Positions 8,797 through 18,566 of a DNA stretch of 34,769 nucleotides are shown piece by piece (positions within the stretch are counted from its first letter, which is position 1; each line of letters opens with the position of its first letter). The stretch is from Clostridia bacterium (GTDB lineage Bacteria > Bacillota > Sulfobacillia > SLMV01): NCBI GenBank assembly GCA_007133365.1, contig SLMV01000001.1:1-34769 (forward strand). The letters run 5' to 3'. Both the position numbers and the translations under genes were made by a program. The notes beneath the pieces were generated by a model. The model did no database searches, had not been told where the DNA came from, and saw only the letters and a list, made by a program, of their open reading frames with translations.

Positions 8797-8949
8797 CTCG
8801 TTAGGTGAGGCTCCCATATGAATAGAAGCTAGTGCCCATCCACGTCGAGAGACGGACTATGGGTATAAAAGGCTCGATCGGCCTAAGGTCTGCCTAATCT
8901 AGCTGATCCGGTAAGGATCTACGTCATATGGTGCTGAAGCTTTGACGAG
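8797..8949 (+). ncRNA. M-box (ykoK leader) Mg2+ riboswitch
   Basis: Follows the ykoK pattern: TCGTTAGGTGAGGCTCC..TATG...GCT..TGCCC....GTCGAGAGACG...ATGGGT....TAAGG...CTAA..TAGCTG...TACGTCATA..GTGCT.AAGCT..GACGAG. Sits upstream of mgtE. Confidence 0.93.
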
Positions 8950-8987
8950 GAGTCCGGTGATGGAATTGGCCTTTATGGTGAACATCG

Positions 8988-9013
8988 GGGACTCCTTTGG
9001 GGAGTCCCTTTTT
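8988..9013 (+). terminator. Intrinsic terminator of the M-box expression platform
   Basis: GGGACTCC-tttgg-GGAGTCCC followed by TTTTT. AGGAGTCC at 8948-8955 can pair with the 5' arm as an antiterminator. Confidence 0.85.
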
Positions 9014-9101
9014 GATGGAGGTGAGTGCCGAATGTTGGATGAAGGGCCCAGTTTAGGGGCCAAACCATGTCAGGAGATGGATGAAGAAGAGAGAGGAGCG
9101 G

Positions 9102-10475
9102 ATGACCATGACCCACATGATCGACGAAATTCGGACTCATCTCGATGCCCGATCCCTTGATGCCCTAAAAGCGTGGTTGCGCGATGTCAATCTCTACGAA
9201 TTGGTGGAAGCGTTTGAGGGATTAACACCGGCTGAGCGTGTGGTGGTATTTCGGCTATTGGAAAAAGACAAGGCGCTAGATGTTTTTGAATCGATGGAGC
9301 TTTGGCTTCAAGGCCAGCTCCTCGAAGGATTTGCCGAGCAGTCGGCCATCGATATGTTATCCCATCTGCCGGCCGATGATCGGGTACGGCTGTTGGACGA
9401 GTTGCCAGCCAAAGTCGCCAAGCGATTGACCGCGGCGTTACCCCGCAATGTTCGTTCCGAGACCTTTGTGTTATTGGGATATGAATCGGAGACCGTGGGG
9501 CGCATGATGAACCCCCATTTTTTCAGCCTCCGGAAAACCGAGACCGTGGCCGAAGCCTTAGAACGGGTCCGATGGAAGAGCCAGGATTTTGAAACCCCCT
9601 ATATTTTATTTGTGACCGATGATTCAAAGAAACTCGAAGGACTGATCATGTTAAACGATTTGGTCTCAGCGGAGGCTCAAACCAAATTGGCGGATGTGAT
9701 GGAACCGGAAGTGATTTCCGTCTTCACTTGGGATGATCAGGAGGATGCTGCGCGCTTGCTTCAAGAACGTGATCTCATTGCGCTCCCGGTGGTGGATGCC
9801 GAACATCGTCTGGTCGGGGTCTTGACGGTCGATGATGCGATGGACATTCTCGAGGCGGAAACCACGGAGGACTTCTTCGAGCGAGCGGGTTTGGTCCGAT
9901 TTCAGGAAACCGAAAAAACTCGCAGCCACCATCTGGTCGAAGGTCGCCTCTCCAAGATTCTAATGAGTCGTCTCCCATACCTGCTGATTACCTTGGCAGG
10001 GGGAATGCTGGCGGGGGCCGTTATTGACGGATTTGAAGCCGTTTTGGAGGCCATTGCCGTGGTGGCGATCTTCATCCCGGTTATTATGGACATGGGGGGC
10101 AATGTTGGGACGCAGTCTTCAACAATCTTCACCCGGGCGTTTGTGCTCGGACAGATCAATATGGGGCAATTTCGCCGTCACTGGTTTAAAGAAATCCGCA
10201 ACGGTGCGACCATGGGCATCGTGCTCGGACTGATCGGCGGATGGATTGCAGCACTGTGGCAGGGTTTGCCGGAACTCGGATTTGCGGTCGGGCTTTCGCT
10301 CCTTTTGACCATCACTTTGGCAACGGCACTCGGCTTTCTCATTCCCTATCTATTGGTGCGTGCGGGGTTGGACCAGGCGGCAGGGTCGGATCCAATTCTG
10401 ACAACCTTAAAGGATGTCTCGGGTTTGTTAATCTATTTTGTCTCCATCATGTTCTTTCTGGGGCACATGTTGTAA
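9102..10475 (+). CDS. mgtE: Magnesium transporter MgtE
   Basis: N-domain, two CBS domains (ALPVVD...LVGVLTVDD), RLPYL, FIPVIMDMGGNVGTQS and TT.KD motifs. Downstream of an M-box. The exact start (9102 or 9108) is uncertain. Confidence 0.95.
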   Translation: MTMTHMIDEIRTHLDARSLDALKAWLRDVNLYELVEAFEGLTPAERVVVFRLLEKDKALDVFESMELWLQGQLLEGFAEQSAIDMLSHLPADDRVRLLDELPAKVAKRLTAALPRNVRSETFVLLGYESETVGRMMNPHFFSLRKTETVAEALERVRWKSQDFETPYILFVTDDSKKLEGLIMLNDLVSAEAQTKLADVMEPEVISVFTWDDQEDAARLLQERDLIALPVVDAEHRLVGVLTVDDAMDILEAETTEDFFERAGLVRFQETEKTRSHHLVEGRLSKILMSRLPYLLITLAGGMLAGAVIDGFEAVLEAIAVVAIFIPVIMDMGGNVGTQSSTIFTRAFVLGQINMGQFRRHWFKEIRNGATMGIVLGLIGGWIAALWQGLPELGFAVGLSLLLTITLATALGFLIPYLLVRAGLDQAAGSDPILTTLKDVSGLLIYFVSIMFFLGHML

Positions 10476-10624
10476 ACGGCACCGTTGGAAGTGCGGGTGG
10501 GTTTCCGATTGTCGGTTATCCCGAGTTCTCGCGAATTATCCTTGGGAGTTGGCGATTCCACCGAATATCGGGGTGATCCAGGTCGGTGCTTTGACTTGAT
10601 TTCGGCCTCATCTAGCAATAATAG

Positions 10625-10662
10625 AATCCTCGGGCGGCGGCACTTGCCGCTTGAGGATTTAT
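10625..10662 (+). terminator. Hairpin between convergent mgtE and PAP2, probable terminator
   Basis: AATCCTCGGGCGGC / GCCGCTTGAGGATT forms a 14-bp stem. Its two G-U pairs work on the + strand only, and the U tail is short. Confidence 0.55.
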
Positions 10663-10806
10663 GCTGTGGAGCGCCAGGGTGCCAAACTGGCCGGGATTGA
10701 TATCTCAAAAGTTCAGCGATTAGAAAGGTGGCGCGTTTCTTCGAAAAATAGTTGGGCATAATCCCAAACGCCCCAAATCGCACCGATCAGCATCGATCCT
10801 CTAATT

Positions 10807-11760
10807 CTATTCATCCGGCAGGTGGGAGGATGTCGTCAGTTTCAAGTGGAGGAATAGGGCGGGCACCAAGAAGACGATCCAAAACGCGGTTATGGCATAG
10901 CGAAGGAAGATCAGGCTCAACAAATATTCCGGCAAGAGGAAGCGAAGTGTTAGAAACAAGAGCAAGGTGCTGCCAAGACCCAATACGGCTTTTAATATTT
11001 GCTGAGTCCACGGTCCTCGAGGATCCATATCAATGTATTTCTTTTCGATCCCATATCCCCAGGCTGCGCCCAAGAGAAAACCGGCTATCATCGGAATATC
11101 CCGTCCCGGAATCAGGAAGAAAAGGCCGATGGGAAGGATGGTGCCGATAACGAAGGGAATGATCAGAGGGTTACCGCCGACTTTCGGAACCGGCAATTGA
11201 CGCACCATCCAAAAGGCGATGAGGAGAAACAGGACGCCCAACAAAATCCCGCCGATGACATCGCGAGGGTAATGATACCCCAGCGCCATTCGAGAGATGC
11301 CCACCAGGATGATGATCAAACCGCTGGTGATCCAAGTTTTCCGATCCCCTAAATGATGGGCAAGATAACCCCAAAGCACGGTGGTGGTCAACGCATGGCC
11401 GCTGGGAAAGGCATACCCAGCAGGCAGAGTCACACTTCCTATCACCGGTCGGGGGAGGGCAAAGAGGTCCTTTAGAATATTGTTGAAAACACCGGAGACT
11501 AGGAGCATCAGCGCGCCGCCGTAAGCAAGCGGCTTGTGAACGCACCACAGTAAAATGGAGAGGAATCCTGCATAGAAGGCATCATCCCCAAGAAAGGTAG
11601 CGCCTCGGAATAGCAATGTGAGTGGGGGAAGCAGTTCTCGCCATTCGAACAGATAGTCAATAGGGTAAGGTTGTCCCAGTGCGTCCCAAAATCGATAAAG
11701 GAGCATTCCGGCTGTTACCATCAAACCAAGTTCCAGGTATGGCCGATAACGCGTTACCAC
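10807..11760 (-). CDS. PAP2-family membrane phosphatase
   Basis: KDLFALPRP, FPSGH and SRMALGYHYPRD motifs with multiple TM helices. GTG start at 11760 after RBS AAAGGAGGTGA. Confidence 0.92.
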   Translation of the reverse strand: MVTRYRPYLELGLMVTAGMLLYRFWDALGQPYPIDYLFEWRELLPPLTLLFRGATFLGDDAFYAGFLSILLWCVHKPLAYGGALMLLVSGVFNNILKDLFALPRPVIGSVTLPAGYAFPSGHALTTTVLWGYLAHHLGDRKTWITSGLIIILVGISRMALGYHYPRDVIGGILLGVLFLLIAFWMVRQLPVPKVGGNPLIIPFVIGTILPIGLFFLIPGRDIPMIAGFLLGAAWGYGIEKKYIDMDPRGPWTQQILKAVLGLGSTLLLFLTLRFLLPEYLLSLIFLRYAITAFWIVFLVPALFLHLKLTTSSHLPDE

Positions 11761-12098
11761 CGGGTCACCTCCTTTAGGATTGAGCAATCATTTAGCGTTT
11801 CGTCAGCAAACCGACGTCCTCCTTGCGACGAACGATCTAGGGTCTTAGACAAAGACCGACTTTAGATCACAATAGAGATGTTGCAACCTTAAATCAAGCG
11901 CCATCGATGCCTCGCGGGTCGAGGATCCCGCGTCCCAGGCTTTCGTTAATGGAATTGATGCAAACTCTAAGGTCGCGGGACGTTTCGGGCGCTGAGAGAG
12001 GGGGATTTCGGGCGAGGCATGACGAAATCTCTAGTTATAAAGTGATGCGATAGACTCAAGGTTAAAAGAGTCTCCGGATTGATCAGGGAGGGATTCAT

Positions 12099-13871
12099 TT
12101 GTACGGTTTTCATGGCAACGTGTTGCATATCGATTTGGCCCATCAAACCACCTCGATTGAAGCAATTCCGGATGATATTTTGAAATCCTATTTGGGGGGC
12201 AAGGGGCTTGGTACCTACCTATTGTTAAAACATCTGCCGGCGGGTGTGGACCCGCTATCCGGAGCGAATTGCCTCGTCTTTGCCACCGGACCCGCTACCG
12301 ATACGGTGGTGCCGGCGGCCAGCCGCTTTGGTGTCTACGCTAAGTCACCTCTGACCGGATTTTTGGGTGAATCCTATTCGGGCGGTCACGTCCCGCCGGT
12401 AATGAAACGAACCGGCTATGATGCCTTTGTTATCAAGGGGGTGGCCGAAGCCCCGGTTTTTCTTCACATCTCGGATCGAGGCGTTTCCTTCGAGGCGGCG
12501 GATGACCTTTGGGGACAGCCGACCGATGTGGCAGAACGCGCCCTATTGGATCGTGTCGATGACCCTAAAGCCCAAGCCCTGGTGATCGGACCTGCCGGTG
12601 AAAATCAAGTCCGCTTTGCGTGTATTAAAAACAACCAATGGCGTTCCGCCGGACGGAGCGGCTTGGGTGCCGTGATGGGGGCCAAGCGTCTGAAGGGATT
12701 GGTGTTTAGTGGAAAACAGCGTGCCGCTTTGGCGGATCCCGATGCGCTGGATGCTTATACCAAATCTTTGATTGCTGAATACCGTGATCATGAGCGAACT
12801 CGGCGCATGAAGAAGTATGGGACACCGTATATGACAAAGGTGACCAATCGCGAACACGCCTTTCCCACCCGTTACTGGTCGGCGGGGCGTTTAGAGGGTT
12901 GGGAAGGGCTGAGCGCCGAGCGAATGCACGAAGTGATGGACGTACGGCCAAACGCCTGCTACCGATGTTTCATGGCATGCGGGAAGATGAGCCGGGTAAC
13001 GAAAGGCCGACACAAGGGATTGACCCTAGAAGGACCCGAATATGAGACGATTTTTGCCCTAGGGGGAATTTGTGGGATCAACGAAATCGAGGAGGTTGCT
13101 TATCTCAATGACCTTTGCGACAAACTCGGGATTGACACCATCAGTGCGGGGAACCTGGCCGCGTTCGGAATCGAAGCGGGGAAACGAGGCGTTCTCCATG
13201 AACAAGCGCAATATGGTGATGCGGATGCGATTGCAAGGGTCTTTCAAGCGATCGCCCATCGCAAAGGGGAAGGGGATTTGCTGGCGCAAGGTGTTCGGGA
13301 GGCAGCCCGTGCCGTGGGACTTGAAGACATCGCCGTTCACGTCAAAGGCATGGATCCGGCCGGGTACGATCCGCGCCGGCTTCGTGGGATGAGCCTGGGA
13401 TATGCGGTGTCGTCCCGTGGCGCCTGTCACCTTCGATCGAGCTATTACATGGAAGAATTATCAGGCATGGCGCCGGAAGATACTTCCTCTCGTACGGCAC
13501 GGTTTGTCATGTTCGAAAGTCGTAATGCTCTTGAGGACAGTTTAGTTCTTTGTCGGTTCTATCAGCAGTTTATTGGGTGGAGCGGCATGAAAACGATCAT
13601 TGAAGCGACGACCGGAATGGCTTGCAGCCACGATGATCTTCAGAGCATGGGACGACGGTTGACCACATTGGCCAAGCACTTCAATCTTCGTGAAGGATGG
13701 ACCCGATCCGATGATAACCTGCCGCGACGCATTTTCGAAGAGCCCATCGGGCCAAACGAGGAATTTCGGATCACCCGTGACGAGTTTGAGGCGATGTTAG
13801 CGGAGTATTATCGCTTACATGGTTGGAATTTAGAAGGGATTCCCCCGGAACACGCCCAACCCCTAACCTAA
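12099..13871 (+). CDS. aor: Aldehyde:ferredoxin oxidoreductase family protein (tungstopterin enzyme)
   Basis: YLGGKGLG, KSPLTG, IGPAGEN, GRSGLGAVMGAK, CYRCFMAC, EGPEYET, CDKLGIDTIS, RGACH and EYY..HGW..EG.P motifs. TTG start. Confidence 0.92.
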   Translation: MYGFHGNVLHIDLAHQTTSIEAIPDDILKSYLGGKGLGTYLLLKHLPAGVDPLSGANCLVFATGPATDTVVPAASRFGVYAKSPLTGFLGESYSGGHVPPVMKRTGYDAFVIKGVAEAPVFLHISDRGVSFEAADDLWGQPTDVAERALLDRVDDPKAQALVIGPAGENQVRFACIKNNQWRSAGRSGLGAVMGAKRLKGLVFSGKQRAALADPDALDAYTKSLIAEYRDHERTRRMKKYGTPYMTKVTNREHAFPTRYWSAGRLEGWEGLSAERMHEVMDVRPNACYRCFMACGKMSRVTKGRHKGLTLEGPEYETIFALGGICGINEIEEVAYLNDLCDKLGIDTISAGNLAAFGIEAGKRGVLHEQAQYGDADAIARVFQAIAHRKGEGDLLAQGVREAARAVGLEDIAVHVKGMDPAGYDPRRLRGMSLGYAVSSRGACHLRSSYYMEELSGMAPEDTSSRTARFVMFESRNALEDSLVLCRFYQQFIGWSGMKTIIEATTGMACSHDDLQSMGRRLTTLAKHFNLREGWTRSDDNLPRRIFEEPIGPNEEFRITRDEFEAMLAEYYRLHGWNLEGIPPEHAQPLT

Positions 13872-13898
13872 TGGGGATTCCTTATAAGCGAGAGGCCA

Positions 13899-13936
13899 AA
13901 ATAAAAGCGGCGGGGCATTCCCCGCCGCTTCTATTT
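13899..13936. terminator. Bidirectional intrinsic terminator between aor and the NCS2 permease
   Basis: AAGCGGCGGGG-catt-CCCCGCCGCTT is a perfect 11-bp stem, with an A-rich left flank and a T-rich right flank. Confidence 0.88.
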
Positions 13937-13951
13937 CGATTGCTATTGGCC

Positions 13952-15244
13952 TCAACCGGGATAGAAGAAGTGAATGAGGGAGATCAGGGCGAGAATCCAG
14001 ACCAACCAATGCACTTCTTTTCGGCGCCCGGCCACCAGTTTTACGATCGGATAGGCGATGAAGCCAAACGCGATGCCGTCCGCAATACTGTAGGCGAGCG
14101 GCATAAAAATGATCGTCAGGAAAGCCGGGAATGCTTCGGTGAAATCCTCAAAGTTGATGCCGGCGACGCCGCCCACCATTAGCACGCCCACAATGATGAG
14201 GGCCGGGGCGGTTGCTTCGCCCGGGATCAGGTAGGACATTGGGGCCAAAAATAAGAAAGCGAGGAAGAGAAGGCCGGTGACGATGGAGGTTAGTCCGGTG
14301 CGACCACCTTCCGAGATTCCGGCCGTGCTTTCGACATAGGTTGTCACCGTGCTGGTGCCCAAAAGCGCGCCACCTACCGTTCCAATGGCATCGGCCAGCA
14401 TCGCCCGATTGACTTTGGGCAAGCGACCTTTCTTATCGAGGTAACCCGCTCGCTCCCCCGTCCCTAATAACGTTCCCATCGTATCGAAAACGTCGACGAA
14501 GATGAACGAAAAGATGATGAAGAATGGAATGGTGGTGATGGCGCCGAGATCAAGCTGAAGGGCGATCGGAGCCAAACTTTCCGGCATTCCAAAGATATCG
14601 CCCAAACCGGTGGGAAACGGCTGGATGCCCATGAAGAAGCTTAAGACCGTGGTCAAAAGGATTCCCAGCAGAATAGCACCGCGTACCTTTCTCGCCATCA
14701 GTGCCGCAATAATTAAAAGGCCGATCAAGGAGAGAAGGGGACCGCTGTCGGTGAGGTTTCCGAGGGTGACTTGGGTGGCCTCATAGGCGACGATGACGCC
14801 CGCGTTTTGGAGTCCGATGAACGCGATGAAAAGGCCAATTCCGGCGGCCACCGCCTTCTTTAATGTGGTGGGAACGGCAGCGTCTATGTACTGAATGGCA
14901 CCCGTCAGGGCTAAAATGGCAAAGACAATTCCGGAAGCAAAGACGGCTCCCAAAGCCGATTCCCACCCGTACTGGGCGGCAACGGTGAAGGCAAAAAACG
15001 CGTTTAGGCCCATTCCGCTGGCCATGGCAAAGGGATAATTGGTTAAAAGGGCCATTAGGATGCTGCTGAATCCAGCGGTTAGAATCGTGGCCGTCATGAC
15101 AGCGCCCTGATCCATTCCGGCGGCACTCAGAATATCTGGGTTGACAAAAATGATATACGCCATCGTCATGAAAGTGGTGACCCCGGCGATAATCTCCGTG
15201 CGCAAGGTCGTGTTGTTTTGTTTCAACTTAAAAAACTCCAACAT
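13952..15244 (-). CDS. NCS2 family purine permease (PbuG/AzgA type)
   Basis: EIIAGVTTFMTMAYIIFVNP, GMGLNAFF, GIGLFIAFIG, DVFDTMGT and TTYVESTAGISEGGRTGLT motifs. Confidence 0.93.
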   Translation of the reverse strand: MLEFFKLKQNNTTLRTEIIAGVTTFMTMAYIIFVNPDILSAAGMDQGAVMTATILTAGFSSILMALLTNYPFAMASGMGLNAFFAFTVAAQYGWESALGAVFASGIVFAILALTGAIQYIDAAVPTTLKKAVAAGIGLFIAFIGLQNAGVIVAYEATQVTLGNLTDSGPLLSLIGLLIIAALMARKVRGAILLGILLTTVLSFFMGIQPFPTGLGDIFGMPESLAPIALQLDLGAITTIPFFIIFSFIFVDVFDTMGTLLGTGERAGYLDKKGRLPKVNRAMLADAIGTVGGALLGTSTVTTYVESTAGISEGGRTGLTSIVTGLLFLAFLFLAPMSYLIPGEATAPALIIVGVLMVGGVAGINFEDFTEAFPAFLTIIFMPLAYSIADGIAFGFIAYPIVKLVAGRRKEVHWLVWILALISLIHFFYPG

Positions 15245-15888
15245 CTCGACTAATGCCTCCTTAGCTAGTGGTTAAACCACGTTGGGATAAAAAATGAATC
15301 ATTACAAAGGAGATTTGAAATCTCCAACGTATGTGCATTCGACATTTGAAAGCGACATCCTCTTTGTGTTTTTGGGACCTTCTCAGTCTCGAGACGAATG
15401 AGGTTGTTGAGATGGCCGAGGCTTTCGATTGACGTTGACCGATGGTGACCGCGAAAAATGATCGCCTTGAGCCTATTGGCATTGAACATTATTAGGGGGT
15501 CTTTCTGTCGAAAGGGATTCGTACCGACGCATTTGTTCACGGCCACTCAAGATCGATGGCGGGCGATTGAGCGACTTAGGAGCGCGCGAAGGGATGAAGG
15601 GATGTGGGCGGACCTATCGTGAATGCCCTTGAAGGCGTATCCGACTTCGATTGACATATCCAAGTGGGTCGTCAGGGTTCATTGACCGTGGGCCGAAAAG
15701 CGCGAATCCGGATCGGTCGTTTCCTCTTAAATTTGACGTCCAATGCCAAGGCTTTTGCACCAAGGATCCGTCGTCAATTTGGCGATGTTCCGGGGCATGA
15801 GAGGACATGTTATGATGCTAACGAATGAGTAGAAACAGGGCTAGCAAACGAAACAGTCATTCTTATTTTGGAAACGGAGGGGTATCAT

Positions 15889-16614
15889 TTGATTACGCTC
15901 GAGGCACTTTCCAAACGCTACCAAAAGGGCGCAGTGAAGGCCGTTGATGAACTGAGCCTCAACGTCAAAGCGGGCGAGATTTTTGGGTTTTTGGGACCCA
16001 ATGGCGCCGGCAAGACGACAACGATCAAAATGATGGTGGGGCTTTTGGTCCCGGATGAGGGCACGGTCACGATCAACGGAAGCCGGATGGATCAAGACCC
16101 GATGGCTGCCAAACAATCGTTGAGTTTTGTGCCTGATACGCCCGAGATCTATGACAAACTCACCGGCTTGGAATATTTGAACTTTCTGGGCGACGTTTAC
16201 CGAGTGCCGGGTCCTCTTCGCCGGTCACGGATCGCGACACTATTGGATTTATTTGAAATGCGTCAGGCAGTCGGAGATTTGATCCAATCCTATTCGCGCG
16301 GAATGCGACAGAAAATTGTTCTCACCGGGGCTTTACTTCATGATCCGGCCGTGTTCATCCTTGATGAACCGATGGTGGGCCTCGATCCCCGTTCGTCGAG
16401 TCATTTAAAGGACTACATGCGGGACCATTGCGCTCGGGGGAATACCGTGTTCTTCTCGACGCATGTGTTGGACGTTGCCGAACGTTTTTGTGACCGAATC
16501 GGCATCATTCACCGTGGTCAGCTCATTGCAACCGGGACCATGGCGGCTCTTCGGGAACGAGCCAAACAACGAGAGTCCTTGGAATCGATCTTCTTGGAGC
16601 TGACGGGATCATGA
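15889..16614 (+). CDS. ABC exporter ATP-binding subunit
   Basis: Walker A GPNGAGKTT, signature YSRGMRQK, Walker B ILDEP and STH switch. Likely TTG start at 15889 after GGAGGGG. Confidence 0.93.
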   Translation: MITLEALSKRYQKGAVKAVDELSLNVKAGEIFGFLGPNGAGKTTTIKMMVGLLVPDEGTVTINGSRMDQDPMAAKQSLSFVPDTPEIYDKLTGLEYLNFLGDVYRVPGPLRRSRIATLLDLFEMRQAVGDLIQSYSRGMRQKIVLTGALLHDPAVFILDEPMVGLDPRSSSHLKDYMRDHCARGNTVFFSTHVLDVAERFCDRIGIIHRGQLIATGTMAALRERAKQRESLESIFLELTGS

Positions 16615-18305
16615 TGTTCGTCCGCCTCCTGCTACTTCAGCTTCGCGTCAATTTTAGTTTGTCGGCGCTCCGATGGTATTGGTTCAATGATCGAAAGAAG
16701 TTCCTTACCAGCATCGGGATCATGGCGTTGATCGTTGCGTCAATTGGCCCCCTCTTTTACTTGTATTCGATATTCGTTCTTGAAACCTTCGCGGCGGCTG
16801 CTCCCCTTGGTCAAACCGAAGTGGTCCTTACCTCCGCCCTGGTACTGACAGCATTTTTGATCGCAATGTTAAATCTAGGGTTTGTTCTTTCGGTTTTTTA
16901 TTATTCCCGCGATCTTGCTCTGTTGGTGTCGTTGCCGCTTCGCCCCGGCGAAATCTTGGCTTCGAAGTTCGGTGTAGTTTTGGTCTACAATTATCTGATC
17001 ATTTTGCCCTTTTTGCTCCCGGCGATCGGAGTGTTCGGATTTCAAAGTGCCATCCGTTGGGACTACTGGTTGATTAGCGGAGTCGTTGTGCTTTTGGCCC
17101 CGGTCATTCCCCTGGTCGTGGTGTCCCTTTTTCTCCTCGTCTTGATGCGATTAACCAACCTCAGCCAAAAACGGGATGCGCTGCGTATGATGGGCCTATT
17201 GGGATTTTTCCTTGGGGTGTTGGCATTGAACTGGATATTTGGAAGTGTCAGGCCGGGAGAGGAAGCGACCTTCATTGAATCGGTTTTATTGGCCCAAGAT
17301 GGATTGATTCATTTTGTTTCCCGTATGTATCCTCCGGCGCTTTGGGCCACCCGTGCGCTGGTAGCGAGTGGGCTTACTCAATTCTACAACCTGCTTGGGT
17401 ATCTGCTCTTAAGTGGTGTGGGTGTAATTGGACTCATTGAGGTCGGACAACGTATCTTCTATGAAGGCCTGATCGGAGGCGAAGAAGTCAGGCGGGGTCG
17501 ACACCTTGCCGATGATGATTTGGGTCGCCGGCTTGGCCGGGTTCATTCGCCAGAGTGGGCCATCGCCATGCGCGAAATCAAGTACCTCATTCGGACCCCC
17601 ATCTTTTTCTTCAATAGCCTTCTCATCCTCTTGGCGCTGCCAGCCATTCTTCTCGTGCCGGTCGTGGCAGGCGGGACCCTCGAGGTGGTGCTGAGTGGGC
17701 TCGAAGCCGAAGTGCCACGTCCAGTTCAGTTGTTAGGAGGTGGGGCCTTTATCGGCATGATGGCGCTTTTTGCGCCGGCGGCGTCCAGTTCGTTTTCTCG
17801 GGAAGGCCGACAATTTTGGATTTCTCAGCTGATTCCGTTGTCCGCTCGCCAACACATTCGGGGGAAACTCTTGTATGCATTTTTGCTCGCGGCATTGGCG
17901 CTCCCGGTGGTGTTGTTGGGTGCCTGGCTATGGCTTCCTTGGCGTCCTTTGGAAATTGTGATTGCGCTCGGTGCTGGGTTGATCTTGAGTTTCCCCATGA
18001 TTACTCTCAGCCTGTGGATTGATTTGTTACGTCCTTACCTCGACTGGGATAGCCCCGATAAGGCAATCAAACAGAACATCAACGTGTTATTGGCCATGCT
18101 CGGAGGCAGCGTCGTTTTTGTCGGGCTATATTTTTGGGGTCGTTTTCTGTTTGAGCGCGGGCAGGATCCTTGGATGATTTATGGGGGCGTCTTGGGGGTA
18201 GCCCTTCTGATTGGGTATGTGTTTTGGGTATTGCTGTATCGGCTGGCACGAATCCGTTACCGCTTCGTCGATCCGCCGCCCAACGATGAGGTGAGGGAAC
18301 GATGA
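16611..18305 (+). CDS. ABC-2 type exporter permease (large multi-TM)
   Basis: About 14 hydrophobic segments, duplicated ..LPL....I...K motifs, SREG..FW and DL.RP.LDW....AIKQN. Overlaps the ATPase stop (ATGA). Confidence 0.85.
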   Translation: MMFVRLLLLQLRVNFSLSALRWYWFNDRKKFLTSIGIMALIVASIGPLFYLYSIFVLETFAAAAPLGQTEVVLTSALVLTAFLIAMLNLGFVLSVFYYSRDLALLVSLPLRPGEILASKFGVVLVYNYLIILPFLLPAIGVFGFQSAIRWDYWLISGVVVLLAPVIPLVVVSLFLLVLMRLTNLSQKRDALRMMGLLGFFLGVLALNWIFGSVRPGEEATFIESVLLAQDGLIHFVSRMYPPALWATRALVASGLTQFYNLLGYLLLSGVGVIGLIEVGQRIFYEGLIGGEEVRRGRHLADDDLGRRLGRVHSPEWAIAMREIKYLIRTPIFFFNSLLILLALPAILLVPVVAGGTLEVVLSGLEAEVPRPVQLLGGGAFIGMMALFAPAASSSFSREGRQFWISQLIPLSARQHIRGKLLYAFLLAALALPVVLLGAWLWLPWRPLEIVIALGAGLILSFPMITLSLWIDLLRPYLDWDSPDKAIKQNINVLLAMLGGSVVFVGLYFWGRFLFERGQDPWMIYGGVLGVALLIGYVFWVLLYRLARIRYRFVDPPPNDEVRER

Positions 18306-18553
18306 TGGTGGTTTGTCGCTTAAGATTGCAGGTGGGATGATCGCACCAAGGCAATGCCGGACTTTGCGTGTGGATCATTGGAAATGATGGTCGATCGAGC
18401 CGACACCCACGCATCTGTCGGTCCGGGGTTGAGTTCGCGAGTTCTTTTGTCGTCTCGGCCGGGGAGAGGGGACACAAGGATATTCTGACGGAAGCGGCAT
18501 TGTCGATGGATCGCGAGCGTTTTACCTTTGCGGATGCGAAACGTGATGGTTAA
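18302..18553 (+). pseudogene. Possible degenerate DUF503/YlxP-like gene with in-frame TGA
   Basis: ATG overlaps the permease stop and follows GAGGTGAGGG. Reads MMVVCRLRLQVG*SH...FVVSAGERGHKD, reminiscent of DUF503 (M.VG...L.L....HSLK...FNVSVAEV.HQD). The similarity is judged from memory only. Confidence 0.3.
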
Positions 18554-18566
18554 AACGCCTCTTTTG

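Noticed and set aside
15825-15840. GTAGAAAC (minus strand GTTTCTAC) resembles the purine riboswitch core
   Set aside because: The flanking P2/P3 stems and the TATGG/CCGTAAA loops are missing, and the site is about 580 nt from the permease start.
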